DNA from: Acidimicrobiia bacterium
GTDB taxonomy: Bacteria; Actinomycetota; Acidimicrobiia; Spongiisociales; ZC4RG35
Direction of reading: 5' to 3'
DNA length: 64,000 nucleotides
Assembly (NCBI GenBank): GCA_965215185.1
Contig: OZ244034.1
Coordinates: forward strand, 1,536,001-1,600,000
Shown here piece by piece: positions 20,223 through 29,420 of the stretch. Both the position numbers and the translations under genes were made by a program. Position 1 is the first letter of the stretch. The number at the start of each line of letters is the position of its first letter. The notes below the pieces were generated by a model. The model worked only from the letters and a program-made list of their open reading frames with translations, was not told the DNA's origin and ran no database searches.

Positions 20223-21533
20223 GTGCAGACGATCCGGCTGAAAGGGCATTGTTCCCGCTCGGCGCACCGTCGTTTGGATGACATCTTCGCGCAGTGTTGC
20301 GAGTTGTATAACGCATGCCTGGAATCATGGAAGGGCACATACCGGTGGTGGAAAGAACACCATCCCGACGAACCCCTTCCCCTAGAACTGAATCAGTCTC
20401 ACTATGACCGTCTGCGGATGTTCACCGATGTACGCAAGGACCATCCTGAGTGGCAGCGTTTGAGCCTTCGAGTGGGGCGCGGAACGTTGCGCCGCTTCGA
20501 CCGGTCTATTCAGGCCTTTTATAAGAGATGTAAGGACCCTTCCAAGAAGGCGGGGTTTCCCCGGTTCAAGCCGCGTCACCGGTGGAAGTCGATAGAGATT
20601 GTGAACGCTGACCGCGGGATGCTCAAAGCTCCGGGAGAGAGAAAGAACCACAGCGAGAAGTGGTGGAGACTACAGGTGAAGGGCGTGCCGTAGATACGGT
20701 TTGAGGACAAACACGACCGCCTCACTACCGCGTTGGAGAGCGGCCGGCTGGTGGAACTGCGAGTGGCCCGCACTCCTCTGCGAGTCGAGATACATGCGGT
20801 CATCAAGCACCCTGACCGCCCACCGGTGGCAGATCCGGTCAATCCCGTCGGTTTGGACAAGGGGCTCAAGTCACGCCTGGTCACTTCCGACGGCGAACAC
20901 CTACCACCCACAACCGTGGATCTGCGACAGGTGTTGCGCGCTCAGCGCCGGTTCAGCAGGTCCGTCAAGGGATCACGGTCTCGCATCAAGAAGCGCAACC
21001 ATCTCGCTAAACAGCACCGCCGCCTACAGGAACAGGCCATCCAGTCGGACTTCCGCCTGGCCGACCGCCTGGTCAAGGCCTACGACGGCATAGCTGCCGA
21101 AAAGCTCAATATCGCCCGACTGCTGAAAACCAAGCTGTTCTCCAAACAGATGTCACAGCAACGCTGGGGATCCTTCGATCTCATACTGGAACACAAAGCC
21201 GCGAAAGCTGGTATCCGGTATGCGGGAGTAAACCCCAGCCACACCTCCACCGACTGTTCCCGATGCGGGCATCACCAAAAGATGCCCCTCAACGTGAGAA
21301 CCTTCCGGTGCGAACAGTGTGGACTGACCATGTGCAGAGACCACAATGCTGCAATCAACGTATGCGCCCGAGGCTATCCCACCTGGGATCCTTGGGGTCG
21401 GGTGGGACATGACCTCGTGTTTCCCGACGCGGTGCGCTCTACAAATCTCTGTTGTAAGACATCTTTCGGCTCAGGCCGGAAGATGCTGGCAGACACCGCA
21501 GAACAGTATCACCTAGACGCTCCGTCAACCTAG
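20223..21533 (+). pseudogene. tnpB: TnpB RNA-guided nuclease interrupted by one in-frame TAG (20691-20693)
   Basis: CELYNACLE, FYKRC..GFPRFK, GVP*IRF continues in frame; VGLDKG (RuvC-I D), IAAEKL (RuvC-II E), TSTDCSRCG..CEQCG, RDHNAAIN (RuvC-III D). Confidence 0.9.
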
Positions 21534-21546
21534 GTATATAAGTCCC
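21429..21546 (+). ncRNA. Putative omegaRNA scaffold overlapping the tnpB 3' end
   Basis: Nested stems gcggtg(21429)/caccgc(21494), tacaa/ttgta, and an 11-bp catctttcggc/gccggaagatg hairpin; position is typical of TnpB reRNA. Confidence 0.45.
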
Positions 21547-21676
21547 TAATCGAAACTGGTCTGTAACGGCGCCCAAGCATACGAAGAAACCTCGTCAATA
21601 GCGGTGTACTGCCACGCCGCACCCTTCCCACCACGGAGGCTTCCCCACTCCCGCCCTCTCCCCTATTCCGACAATA

Positions 21677-22321
21677 TCAAGGAGCGAGCCGTTCCACCAC
21701 CCAGCCACCGTCCAGCAACCGATACTCGAAGCGATCATGGAACCGGTTCGGCCTGCCCTGCCAGAACTCGTAGCAATCCGTCACCATGCGATAGCCGCCC
21801 CACCCGGTAGGGCGAGGAACATCCCCGTCGGGATACTGTCGCCATAGTTCTGCCATCCGTTCCTCCAGCCAGGCCCGGTCGGGCACCGCCTGGCTTTGTG
21901 GAGAGACAACCGCACTCAAACGTGAGCCGGGGGGACGGGACCGGAAATACGCGTCGGACTGCTCGCTGGAGATCTTCTCCACCCGGCCCCCCACCCGCAC
22001 CTGTCGATGAAGCGGCAGCCACAAGAAGACCCCGGCCGCACGAGGGTTCTCGGCCAGTTCCGAACCCTTGCGGCTTTGGTAGTTGGTGTAGAAAACGATC
22101 CCCTGCCGATTGGTTTCCCTCATCAACACCGTCCGCGCCGAGGGTCCGGCATCCCGGCCGGCGGTGGCCAGGATGAAGGCGTGGGGCTCCTGCAATCCCG
22201 CTTCCAACGCCTCTGAGAACCAGCGGGCGAACAACTCGGACGGATCAGCGGGCAGATCAGACCGGGACAGCCCTGCGCTCTCATAGTCGGTGCGAAGGGT
22301 GCGGAGGCGCTCTTGGTCCAT
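21677..22321 (-). CDS. pdxH: Pyridoxamine 5'-phosphate oxidase
   Basis: LATA, PSARTVL, FYTNYQSRKG, YFRSRP, WGGY, EFWQGRPNRFHDR, ERLAP. Confidence 0.96.
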   Translation of the reverse strand: MDQERLRTLRTDYESAGLSRSDLPADPSELFARWFSEALEAGLQEPHAFILATAGRDAGPSARTVLMRETNRQGIVFYTNYQSRKGSELAENPRAAGVFLWLPLHRQVRVGGRVEKISSEQSDAYFRSRPPGSRLSAVVSPQSQAVPDRAWLEERMAELWRQYPDGDVPRPTGWGGYRMVTDCYEFWQGRPNRFHDRFEYRLLDGGWVVERLAP

Positions 22322-22343
22322 GTCAATCAGCCGAGCAGCCTGG

Positions 22344-23492
22344 TCACATCTTCTTGGCGACTTCTTCCAGCATCACTTCGGTGGCCCCACCACCGATCGG
22401 ATGCAGGCGGGCGTCCCGGGACATCCTCTCGATGGGCGACTCGCGCATGTAGCCCATACCGCCGTGGAACTGAACGCAACTGTAGAGCACCCGGTTGACC
22501 AACTCGCCCATGAAAGCTTTCACCATGGAAATCTCCCGGACCGCGCCGTGTCCCTGATCCAGCAGCCATGCCGAGTGATAGAGAAGTTGCCCCCCGGCCT
22601 CCACCGACGCCGCCAACTCGGCAAGTTTCAGGCGAATGGCCTGCTTGGCCCACAGCACCTTTCCAAAGGCGCGGCGGCTCTTGACATAGGCAACCGTCAT
22701 CTCCAGAGCCTTCTGGGCCTCTCCCAAAGCCGCCGCGGCCAGGACCAGCCGCTCATTCTGGAAGTTGCGCATGATGGCGTAAAAGCCCCGATTGGGCTCA
22801 CCGATCATGTTCTTCGCCGGTACACGGCAGTCCTCGAAGACCAACTCGGCCGTGTCCGAGGACCGCCACCCGTGCTTGTCCAAAGTGCGACTGACGGTGA
22901 ATCCCGGTGTCTTCTTCTCCACCAGGAACAAACTGATACCCCGATGGGGGGCCACGTCGAGGTCGGTCTTAGCCGAAAGCACCACCACATCACAGCTGGC
23001 CCCGTTGGAAATGAACATCTTCGACCCGTTCACCACGTATTCGTCGCCGTCACGCATCGCCCGGGTCTTCATAGCCGCCACATCGGAACCGGCGTCCGGT
23101 TCGGAAACCCCCAAAGCCCCGATCAATTCCCCGCTCATCATCCCGGGCAGGTATCTGTCCTGCAACTGGGGACTGCCGTAACGGTAGAGGTAGGGCATCG
23201 CCAGTTCACCGTGCACGGCCACACTCGCCATCACCCCACCAAAGGTGCTCTTTCCGAATTCTTCGGCTACGGTCGCCGAGGCCAGATGGCCCAGACCCAC
23301 TCCGCCCCGGGACTCGGGAACCCGTAACCCGAACAACCCGATTTCTCCCAACTTGGTAAAAAGCTCCCGAGGAACCCGCCCGTCCACCTCCCAATCCTCC
23401 CCGTAAGGAACCACCTCATTCTCGACAAATCGCCTGGTTTCGGCCCGGATTGCCGCCAGATCGTCGGTCTCGTAGATACTCGGAGCTTCCAA
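22344..23492 (-). CDS. Acyl-CoA dehydrogenase
   Basis: SEPDAGSDV, NGSKMFISNG, SDTAELVFED, QFHGGMGY, IGGGATEVM; TTG start with GGAAGGA RBS. Confidence 0.95.
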   Translation of the reverse strand: MEAPSIYETDDLAAIRAETRRFVENEVVPYGEDWEVDGRVPRELFTKLGEIGLFGLRVPESRGGVGLGHLASATVAEEFGKSTFGGVMASVAVHGELAMPYLYRYGSPQLQDRYLPGMMSGELIGALGVSEPDAGSDVAAMKTRAMRDGDEYVVNGSKMFISNGASCDVVVLSAKTDLDVAPHRGISLFLVEKKTPGFTVSRTLDKHGWRSSDTAELVFEDCRVPAKNMIGEPNRGFYAIMRNFQNERLVLAAAALGEAQKALEMTVAYVKSRRAFGKVLWAKQAIRLKLAELAASVEAGGQLLYHSAWLLDQGHGAVREISMVKAFMGELVNRVLYSCVQFHGGMGYMRESPIERMSRDARLHPIGGGATEVMLEEVAKKM

Positions 23493-23588
23493 CCGTTTCC
23501 TTCCGTTCACCAATTTCACATTGTACGACCCCATCGCTGTGGAAAGTCGCGCCGTCACAACGGTCTGGAACCGTCAATGTTTGAGAAC

Positions 23589-23602
23589 CGAACATATGTT
23601 CG
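23589..23602. promoter_or_regulatory. LexA SOS box (CGAAC-N4-GTTCG)
   Basis: Perfect palindrome cgaacatatgttcg 16 bp upstream of a repair-type radical SAM ATG; matches the actinobacterial/Gram-positive consensus. Confidence 0.8.
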
Positions 23603-23618
23603 ATATAGTAAAGCCCCC

Positions 23619-24590
23619 ATGAGTTCTTCTAACCTTCGCTGGACCCTTGCCGGAGACAAACCAGCCGGGCTGTTCGAGCAATATCGGCGGGTGGCCGGCA
23701 AGGGCCAGTACCGAGGACTGACTTTTCTGGAGGTGGAAGCCAAGACCATCATCAATCGCATTCCCTACACCAAGTCCATGCCTTTCGAATACACTATCAA
23801 CTGCTACCGGGGATGCTCCCACGCCTGCGTTTACTGCTTCGCGCGTACCTCCCACGACTACCTCGGCCTGAACATCGGAGAGGACTTCGACACCAAGATC
23901 GTGGTCAAAGCCAACGCCGTGGAACTGGTGAAAGCTCAGACCGAGCCAAGGGTGTGGGCGGGACACCCTATCGCCATGGGCACCAACACCGACCCATACC
24001 AGCCCGCCGAGGGCAAGTACCGGCTCACCAGAGGGGTGGTGGAGGTACTCACCGAGCGCGCCAATCCTTTTTCGATGCTCACCAAATCGCCTCTGGTTCT
24101 GCGGGATCGTCACCTCTATGCGAAGGCGGCCAGCCGAGCCGATATAACGGTCAGCTTCTCGGTGGGCACCCTCGACACCGACATCTGGAAACGGACCGAG
24201 CCCGGCACTCCCCATCCTCGCCAACGTCTAGAGGCCGTCCGCAAACTAAGAGCACTCGGAGTTCCCTCCGGGGTACTGGTGGCGCCGCTCCTGCCCGGCA
24301 TCTCCGACTCGCCCCAGCAGGTGGCCAAGGTGATGCGAGCCTGCCGGGAGGTGGGCGCCACCTTCGCCGTCCCCATCCGCCTGCACCTGCGACCCGGCGT
24401 CAAGGAGCATTTTATGGAATGGCTGGGGGAAGAGTTCCCCGACCTGGTTGGCCCCTATCAAAAGCTCTACCAGAACCGCTCCTACCTTCCCCGCAGTACC
24501 CGATCCCGCCGGTATTCGGACCAGGCCCGCCAATCCCCAAAGACGAGGAAGCCCGCGTCAGAGGACTCCCGTCAAGGCCGATTGCTTTAG
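23619..24590 (+). CDS. Rv2578c/SplB-like radical SAM DNA repair protein
   Basis: INCYRGCSHACVYCFAR, GTNTDPYQPAEG, LTKS, EPGTP. Confidence 0.92.
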   Translation: MSSSNLRWTLAGDKPAGLFEQYRRVAGKGQYRGLTFLEVEAKTIINRIPYTKSMPFEYTINCYRGCSHACVYCFARTSHDYLGLNIGEDFDTKIVVKANAVELVKAQTEPRVWAGHPIAMGTNTDPYQPAEGKYRLTRGVVEVLTERANPFSMLTKSPLVLRDRHLYAKAASRADITVSFSVGTLDTDIWKRTEPGTPHPRQRLEAVRKLRALGVPSGVLVAPLLPGISDSPQQVAKVMRACREVGATFAVPIRLHLRPGVKEHFMEWLGEEFPDLVGPYQKLYQNRSYLPRSTRSRRYSDQARQSPKTRKPASEDSRQGRLL

Positions 24591-24631
24591 CAGCGCCTAG
24601 CCATGTCCTGCCGGCCCCTCCCCCAGGACAG

Positions 24632-25015
24632 CTACGGCGTCTTGCCTTCGTGTTGGGGACAGTAGGCGGAAATGCCCAGCGAGGCGCCGGAGCGCATTCC
24701 GCTTATTTCGAGGGGGCTCAAAGCTCTGCCGCTCTCCTCAATGGCAGCCAACTCCTGATCTTCGAACTCCTGCCAGGCGCCCCCTTCCTGTAGGGCTGCG
24801 CAGGCTCGCCACACCATGTCCTTGCTCTGTTCTCTCTGCGCCTCGCTGATAAAGGGGTTGTCCAAGAACCTGTCGAGAGCCGCTTGGGCTTCCTCAGTAC
24901 CTCGGGGCGTTCTGGAGGCGATAGCATCCGCCTCCTCGGACTCCCCACCACCGCAAGAAACCAGAAGTAAACCCAGTAGCAAGGCTGCGATCTGCCGACT
25001 CATTCTGCGCATCAC
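24632..25015 (-). CDS. Hypothetical lipoprotein
   Basis: Lipobox LLVSC; C-terminal AYCP (DUF732-like). Confidence 0.6.
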   Translation of the reverse strand: MMRRMSRQIAALLLGLLLVSCGGGESEEADAIASRTPRGTEEAQAALDRFLDNPFISEAQREQSKDMVWRACAALQEGGAWQEFEDQELAAIEESGRALSPLEISGMRSGASLGISAYCPQHEGKTP

Positions 25016-25163
25016 CGATCACTCCCTTTCCGGACTCTCCAAAGGCTTCGCTTTGATGCCAGTTTACACCTTTGGGCTCAAGGCGGGCTGATATACAACT
25101 GGCTTTAAACGCCCAACCCCCGTCTTTCGTCCTGCTAGGTTCCACAGGAAGGTGGACTTACCA

Positions 25164-25640
25164 ATGGGTGTGACGTGGGCGGACTTCGAAAGATCCGAAC
25201 CCAACCTGGCTTCATCCGTTCGGGACAGATTCGAGAGCCACCGGCACGGGGTGATGGGCACCTTGCGCAGAGATGGGGCCCCGCGGCTGTCGGGCATTGA
25301 GACCCCCATCCAAGATGGGCAACTGTGGCTGGCCATGGAAACCGTGTCGCGAATGGCGCAAGATCTGGGACGTGATCCCCGATTCTCGATACACAGCCAC
25401 CCGGACGAGGAGGAGTTGTCGCAGGGGGATGCACGGATTGAAGGTCGAGCTGTGCCATCTCTCGACAGTGAGATGGTCATATTCGTAAAAGGGCACCGTT
25501 TTCCGATCAAAGACACTTCGACAATGGCGCTGTTCACCACCCGCATCACTCGAGTGCTGCTGGTCCGGGTGGAGGACCGTTCCCTGCTGGTCGCTTCATG
25601 GACACGTGACGGCGGAATGAGCGTCACTCGCAGGCCCTGA
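25164..25640 (+). CDS. PNPOx-like split-barrel flavin/F420-binding protein
   Basis: TWADF, GTLRRDGAPRLSGIE, DLGRDPRFSIH, GDARIEGRA. Confidence 0.85.
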   Translation: MGVTWADFERSEPNLASSVRDRFESHRHGVMGTLRRDGAPRLSGIETPIQDGQLWLAMETVSRMAQDLGRDPRFSIHSHPDEEELSQGDARIEGRAVPSLDSEMVIFVKGHRFPIKDTSTMALFTTRITRVLLVRVEDRSLLVASWTRDGGMSVTRRP

Positions 25641-25993
25641 TTGCCGCCGTCACATCAAGAGTCGGCGGCTGCCTGAAACTGATTCCAATGCTCGGGACGT
25701 TCCAAGGGATCGCCAAAGACGATCTGCGCCCATGGTCGCCGCCGCAAGCCAGCCCTGGCGCCTAGCGCCGGGGCGGCATTACCTTCAAACTTCCCGCAAT
25801 TCCTCGAGATACGGGTATTTGTGGCTGATGGTGCTACCATGGGATTCGCCCAGCCAAAACTGGCTGGTTGTGTTCGCAGCCAAGTTCGGCGCTGATCCTG
25901 TGTAAGCCACCCGAATACCGCGTTGTTGCCTCGCCGACGATTCTTAAGGCATCAACGATTCCTTAGTGCCTTTCTGCACAGGAGAGGAGAACA

Positions 25994-27292
25994 ATGTCAT
26001 CCACTTTCGCCCAACTGGGCGTGCCCGACTACATATGCCAAGCGCTGGAGCGCGACGGTATCCACACCCCCTTCCCGATCCAAGCCGTCACCATCCCCGA
26101 CGCGCTGGAAGGCGCCGACATCTGCGGACGCGCCCCCACCGGGTCTGGTAAGACGCTTGCGTTCGGCATCCCGCTGGTCGCCAATGCCGAGCGGGCCAAG
26201 TCCAGACGGCCCCGCGCCCTGGTCTTGTCCCCAACCCGTGAACTGGCCAGCCAGATCGCCGCGGAGCTTCGCACCTTGTCCGGGCGGGTCCGGATAGGAA
26301 CCATCTACGGCGGCGTCGGCTACGGCCCCCAAAAGAAACAATTGCAACAGGGGATAGAAATTCTCGTGGCCTGCCCCGGCCGGCTCGAAGACCTGATCGA
26401 CCAGAGAGCGGTGAGCCTGCACGAAGTGGATCAGGTGGTCATCGACGAAGCCGACCGTATGGCCGATATGGGGTTCCTCCCCGCCGTTCGGCGTCTTCTC
26501 GACCAGACCTCCTCAAACCGTCAGACCCTCATGTTCTCGGCCACCCTCGACAACGATGTGGCCAAGCTCACTCGCGACTATCAACATCGCCCGGTCACCC
26601 ACCGGGTTGGCGACGCCAAGCCCGACATCAAAACGTCCGATCACCGATTCTGGAAGGTCAGCAAAGCAGGGAGGGTCGCCGCTTGTGTCGACCTGATCAC
26701 CGCCGAAGGATCCACGATCGTGTTCTGTCGGACCCGGCATGGATCGGACCGGCTGGCCCGCCAACTCACCCAACAGGGAGTCAGAGCCGCAGCGATACAC
26801 GGAGGCCACGCCCAGAGCCGACGCACCCGCACGCTCCGCGGATTCGTCGACGGCCACTTTGAGGCTCTCATCGCCACCGATGTCGCCGCCCGCGGAATCC
26901 ATGTGGAAGGCGTGGCGACGGTCATCCACTACGACCCACCGGAGAATGGAAAGGCGTACCTTCACCGTTCAGGCCGCACCGCCCGCGCCGGGCAGAGCGG
27001 GCTGGTCGTGTCGCTGATCCAGCCCGACCAGGTGGCCGGCGCAAAACGGATCCAGCGTCAACTCGACCTGAAGGGGTCCATCATCAACCCCGGCCGATTC
27101 GATACCGTCCCGGCCGCACCGCCCCATTCCCAAACTGAAAGCCGCAATGGTCGGACACCCCAGGGCCAGCCGGAGAGGGGCCGTCGGCAGACCGGCTCCC
27201 CAAGGGTCAATCGCAATGGCCAGCGGGCCCTGCGGAGTGGCCCGCAGCAGCGAAACCGGAGCAGATCAAGAAGCGGCGCCTACTCCCGATAG
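25994..27292 (+). CDS. DEAD-box RNA helicase
   Basis: PFPIQ, APTGSGKT, PTRELA, PGRL, DEAD, SAT, ARGI, HRSGRTARAG; strong AGGAG RBS. Confidence 0.96.
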   Translation: MSSTFAQLGVPDYICQALERDGIHTPFPIQAVTIPDALEGADICGRAPTGSGKTLAFGIPLVANAERAKSRRPRALVLSPTRELASQIAAELRTLSGRVRIGTIYGGVGYGPQKKQLQQGIEILVACPGRLEDLIDQRAVSLHEVDQVVIDEADRMADMGFLPAVRRLLDQTSSNRQTLMFSATLDNDVAKLTRDYQHRPVTHRVGDAKPDIKTSDHRFWKVSKAGRVAACVDLITAEGSTIVFCRTRHGSDRLARQLTQQGVRAAAIHGGHAQSRRTRTLRGFVDGHFEALIATDVAARGIHVEGVATVIHYDPPENGKAYLHRSGRTARAGQSGLVVSLIQPDQVAGAKRIQRQLDLKGSIINPGRFDTVPAAPPHSQTESRNGRTPQGQPERGRRQTGSPRVNRNGQRALRSGPQQRNRSRSRSGAYSR

Positions 27293-27304
27293 GTCTCACC
27301 CCAA

Positions 27305-27339
27305 GTTAGGCGGGGATTTCGGCGTATTCCCCGCCTAAC
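27305..27339 (+). terminator. GC-rich hairpin, probable terminator
   Basis: gttaggcgggga/tccccgcctaac 12-bp stem just after the helicase stop; no U-tract. Confidence 0.6.
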
Positions 27340-27380
27340 AACCTTGCTTCGCTGCCTGGTGTTCCTTAGCCTTGCGGACT

Positions 27381-28082
27381 ATGGCCGAGTCCCTCCCGCA
27401 ACGAGCCGAGCCTCCTTCTTCAGAGCGAACGCGGGTACGCCGCGGCGCCGACCGGGCTCGCTACAACCAATCCGATGTGTTGGAAATCCTCGATGCCGGG
27501 CTCATCGCCCACGTCGGAGTATCCACCCCCGACGGGCCGCTGGTGCTGCCCATGGTCTACGGACGCGACGATGATCGGCTCTACCTCCACGGCGCCTTGG
27601 CCAACCATCTGCTCGGCTCGGGTGACGGCCAAGAGGTATGCGTCACCGTCACCCATCTCGATGGGCTGGTGATGGCGCGGACCCCTTTCCATAATTCGAT
27701 GAACTACCGATCGGCGGTGGTGAGGGGCCGGGCCCGGCGCATCGTCGACGATCAGCACAAACTAGCGGCGCTAAAGCTGATCACCGACCACGTGGTCGCC
27801 AATTGGGACACCAGCCGCCCACCATCACAGTCCGACCTTCGCAAGACCTTGGTCTTGGAGTTGCCCTTAGAAGAGGCATCGGCCAAAATCCGCCGGGGCG
27901 ATCCGAAAGACGAACCCGATGACATAGCCGGTCCGTGGTGGGCTGGATTGGTACCCGTCACCACCCGCTTCGAGCCTCCGGTCACCTCTTCCGATTTCGT
28001 CGGCGACACCGGGCCCCCGGCGCCGATTGTGGTTCTGTCGGGCCTCACCCCCGACGAGCGCCTACGCCCCGGGCCCGGGTAG
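27381..28082 (+). CDS. Pyridoxamine-5'-phosphate-oxidase-family flavin-nucleotide-binding protein
   Basis: RTRVRR..RARY, ILDAG, LYLHG, VTHLDGLVMAR..HNSMNYRS, EASAKIR. Confidence 0.9.
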   Translation: MAESLPQRAEPPSSERTRVRRGADRARYNQSDVLEILDAGLIAHVGVSTPDGPLVLPMVYGRDDDRLYLHGALANHLLGSGDGQEVCVTVTHLDGLVMARTPFHNSMNYRSAVVRGRARRIVDDQHKLAALKLITDHVVANWDTSRPPSQSDLRKTLVLELPLEEASAKIRRGDPKDEPDDIAGPWWAGLVPVTTRFEPPVTSSDFVGDTGPPAPIVVLSGLTPDERLRPGPG

Positions 28083-28183
28083 CCAGCGCAGCCCAAAGGG
28101 AACCGGCGCCAAACTTAGGCGACTTGCGGTGTTTAGTGGAGGTGCAGAACAGAAGACCTTGCCGTGAGGTGGGGAAAGCGGTG

Positions 28184-29269
28184 CTATCCGGTGTTGCGCT
28201 GACCGGCGCACCCATCTTGTCTGTGGCGATTAACTTTGTCGCCGATCCAATCCCCAACTCCACCAGAGAACACATTCGCCACAATGACCGTTGTTGCGCC
28301 CGCCAACACCAAAGTTTGGTTGCCAACTTCGATGGTGGTGAAAAGCCATAACCACAACAGCGAGAACAATGTTTGCACGTAGATCAGGTTGTTGACCGAC
28401 AGGCTTTGTGTGAGCAGATTGGCCTTGATGAACAGCATGTTGGAGGGAAACATGACCACCAGGCCGCACAAGACGGCTGTTGTGAAACCCGTTGAAGACA
28501 TCCGCCATCCGCTCATCGCGGCTATGCCCGCGACAAGAGGCAGGGACAGCAGGTTTCCAACTCCATAGGCGACCATCACCAACCCCGACTCTGCTCGCAT
28601 TCCGCTCTCGCCTGCCTCTTTGGCCAGGTCTGCGCCCCACCTGAAGCTCTTTGCCGTCAACACCCCGCCCGTGGTAGTTAAGGCCGCCAAGCAAACACCC
28701 ACCAGTGTCTGCGAAAACGAACCCTGCATATTGACCGCAGTGGCGCCGCCCCATATAGCCGCCCCCATCCCACAAAAGGCCAACGTCAATACGGCTATGT
28801 TCCCCGCGGTTGGCCTCCGATATCGACCCCGGCTTCCGATGGCGCGGTCTTGTCGGCCCATGAGCAACACAAAGAGCGCGGGGAATGCTCCGACAATGAT
28901 CGCAGACACTACGGTGTCTACGAACTGGGTGGACCACACGAAAAACACCAAGCTGACATGGGAGTACGTCGACGCCAATATCAGCAACGCCGATCGCTGC
29001 TGCTTCTTGGTCTCCGTCGGGTCGCCGGCAAATCGCCACCACACAAACCAGCCAAATGCCCGCCTCAGCACTAACGTCACCACACCCCGCTGCCGCAATT
29101 CCGGGTAAAGCAATCCCAGGAAAAGGGTTGTCGACACTACCTTGCCCAACAGCGCGCCGACATGAAACCCCCAAGGGCTATCACCCGCCCCCATGCTCAC
29201 ATCCACCACCAGCGGATAGGTGGAGGCTATGAGCACGCAACCCAGCATCAGTTTTGTCGGACTTGCCAA
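28184..29269 (-). CDS. DMT/EamA-like multi-pass membrane protein
   Basis: About 10 hydrophobic segments in two halves; ends VLAGATTVIVAN. Confidence 0.6.
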   Translation of the reverse strand: MASPTKLMLGCVLIASTYPLVVDVSMGAGDSPWGFHVGALLGKVVSTTLFLGLLYPELRQRGVVTLVLRRAFGWFVWWRFAGDPTETKKQQRSALLILASTYSHVSLVFFVWSTQFVDTVVSAIIVGAFPALFVLLMGRQDRAIGSRGRYRRPTAGNIAVLTLAFCGMGAAIWGGATAVNMQGSFSQTLVGVCLAALTTTGGVLTAKSFRWGADLAKEAGESGMRAESGLVMVAYGVGNLLSLPLVAGIAAMSGWRMSSTGFTTAVLCGLVVMFPSNMLFIKANLLTQSLSVNNLIYVQTLFSLLWLWLFTTIEVGNQTLVLAGATTVIVANVFSGGVGDWIGDKVNRHRQDGCAGQRNTG

Positions 29270-29420
29270 GACTCATCGAACACTACTGGGATAATCCAAA
29301 GACTCGCCCAGGCGGAGCCCTGCCGTTAAGTCCTTATATCACCCCCGGCAACCTATTCAATTTCGACGGGAACAAGACAGCAAGCGCCGCTCCGCCCAGA
29401 TAAAACGCGAGATTTGCCGA

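Larger units (their letters stand above)
20143..21546 (+). mobile_element. Non-autonomous 1,404-bp transposon carrying only tnpB; 23-bp perfect TIRs, 8-bp TSD
   Basis: gggacttatatacctaggttgac (20143-20165) is the reverse complement of 21524-21546; taatcgaa duplicated at 20135-20142 and 21547-21554. Confidence 0.9.
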
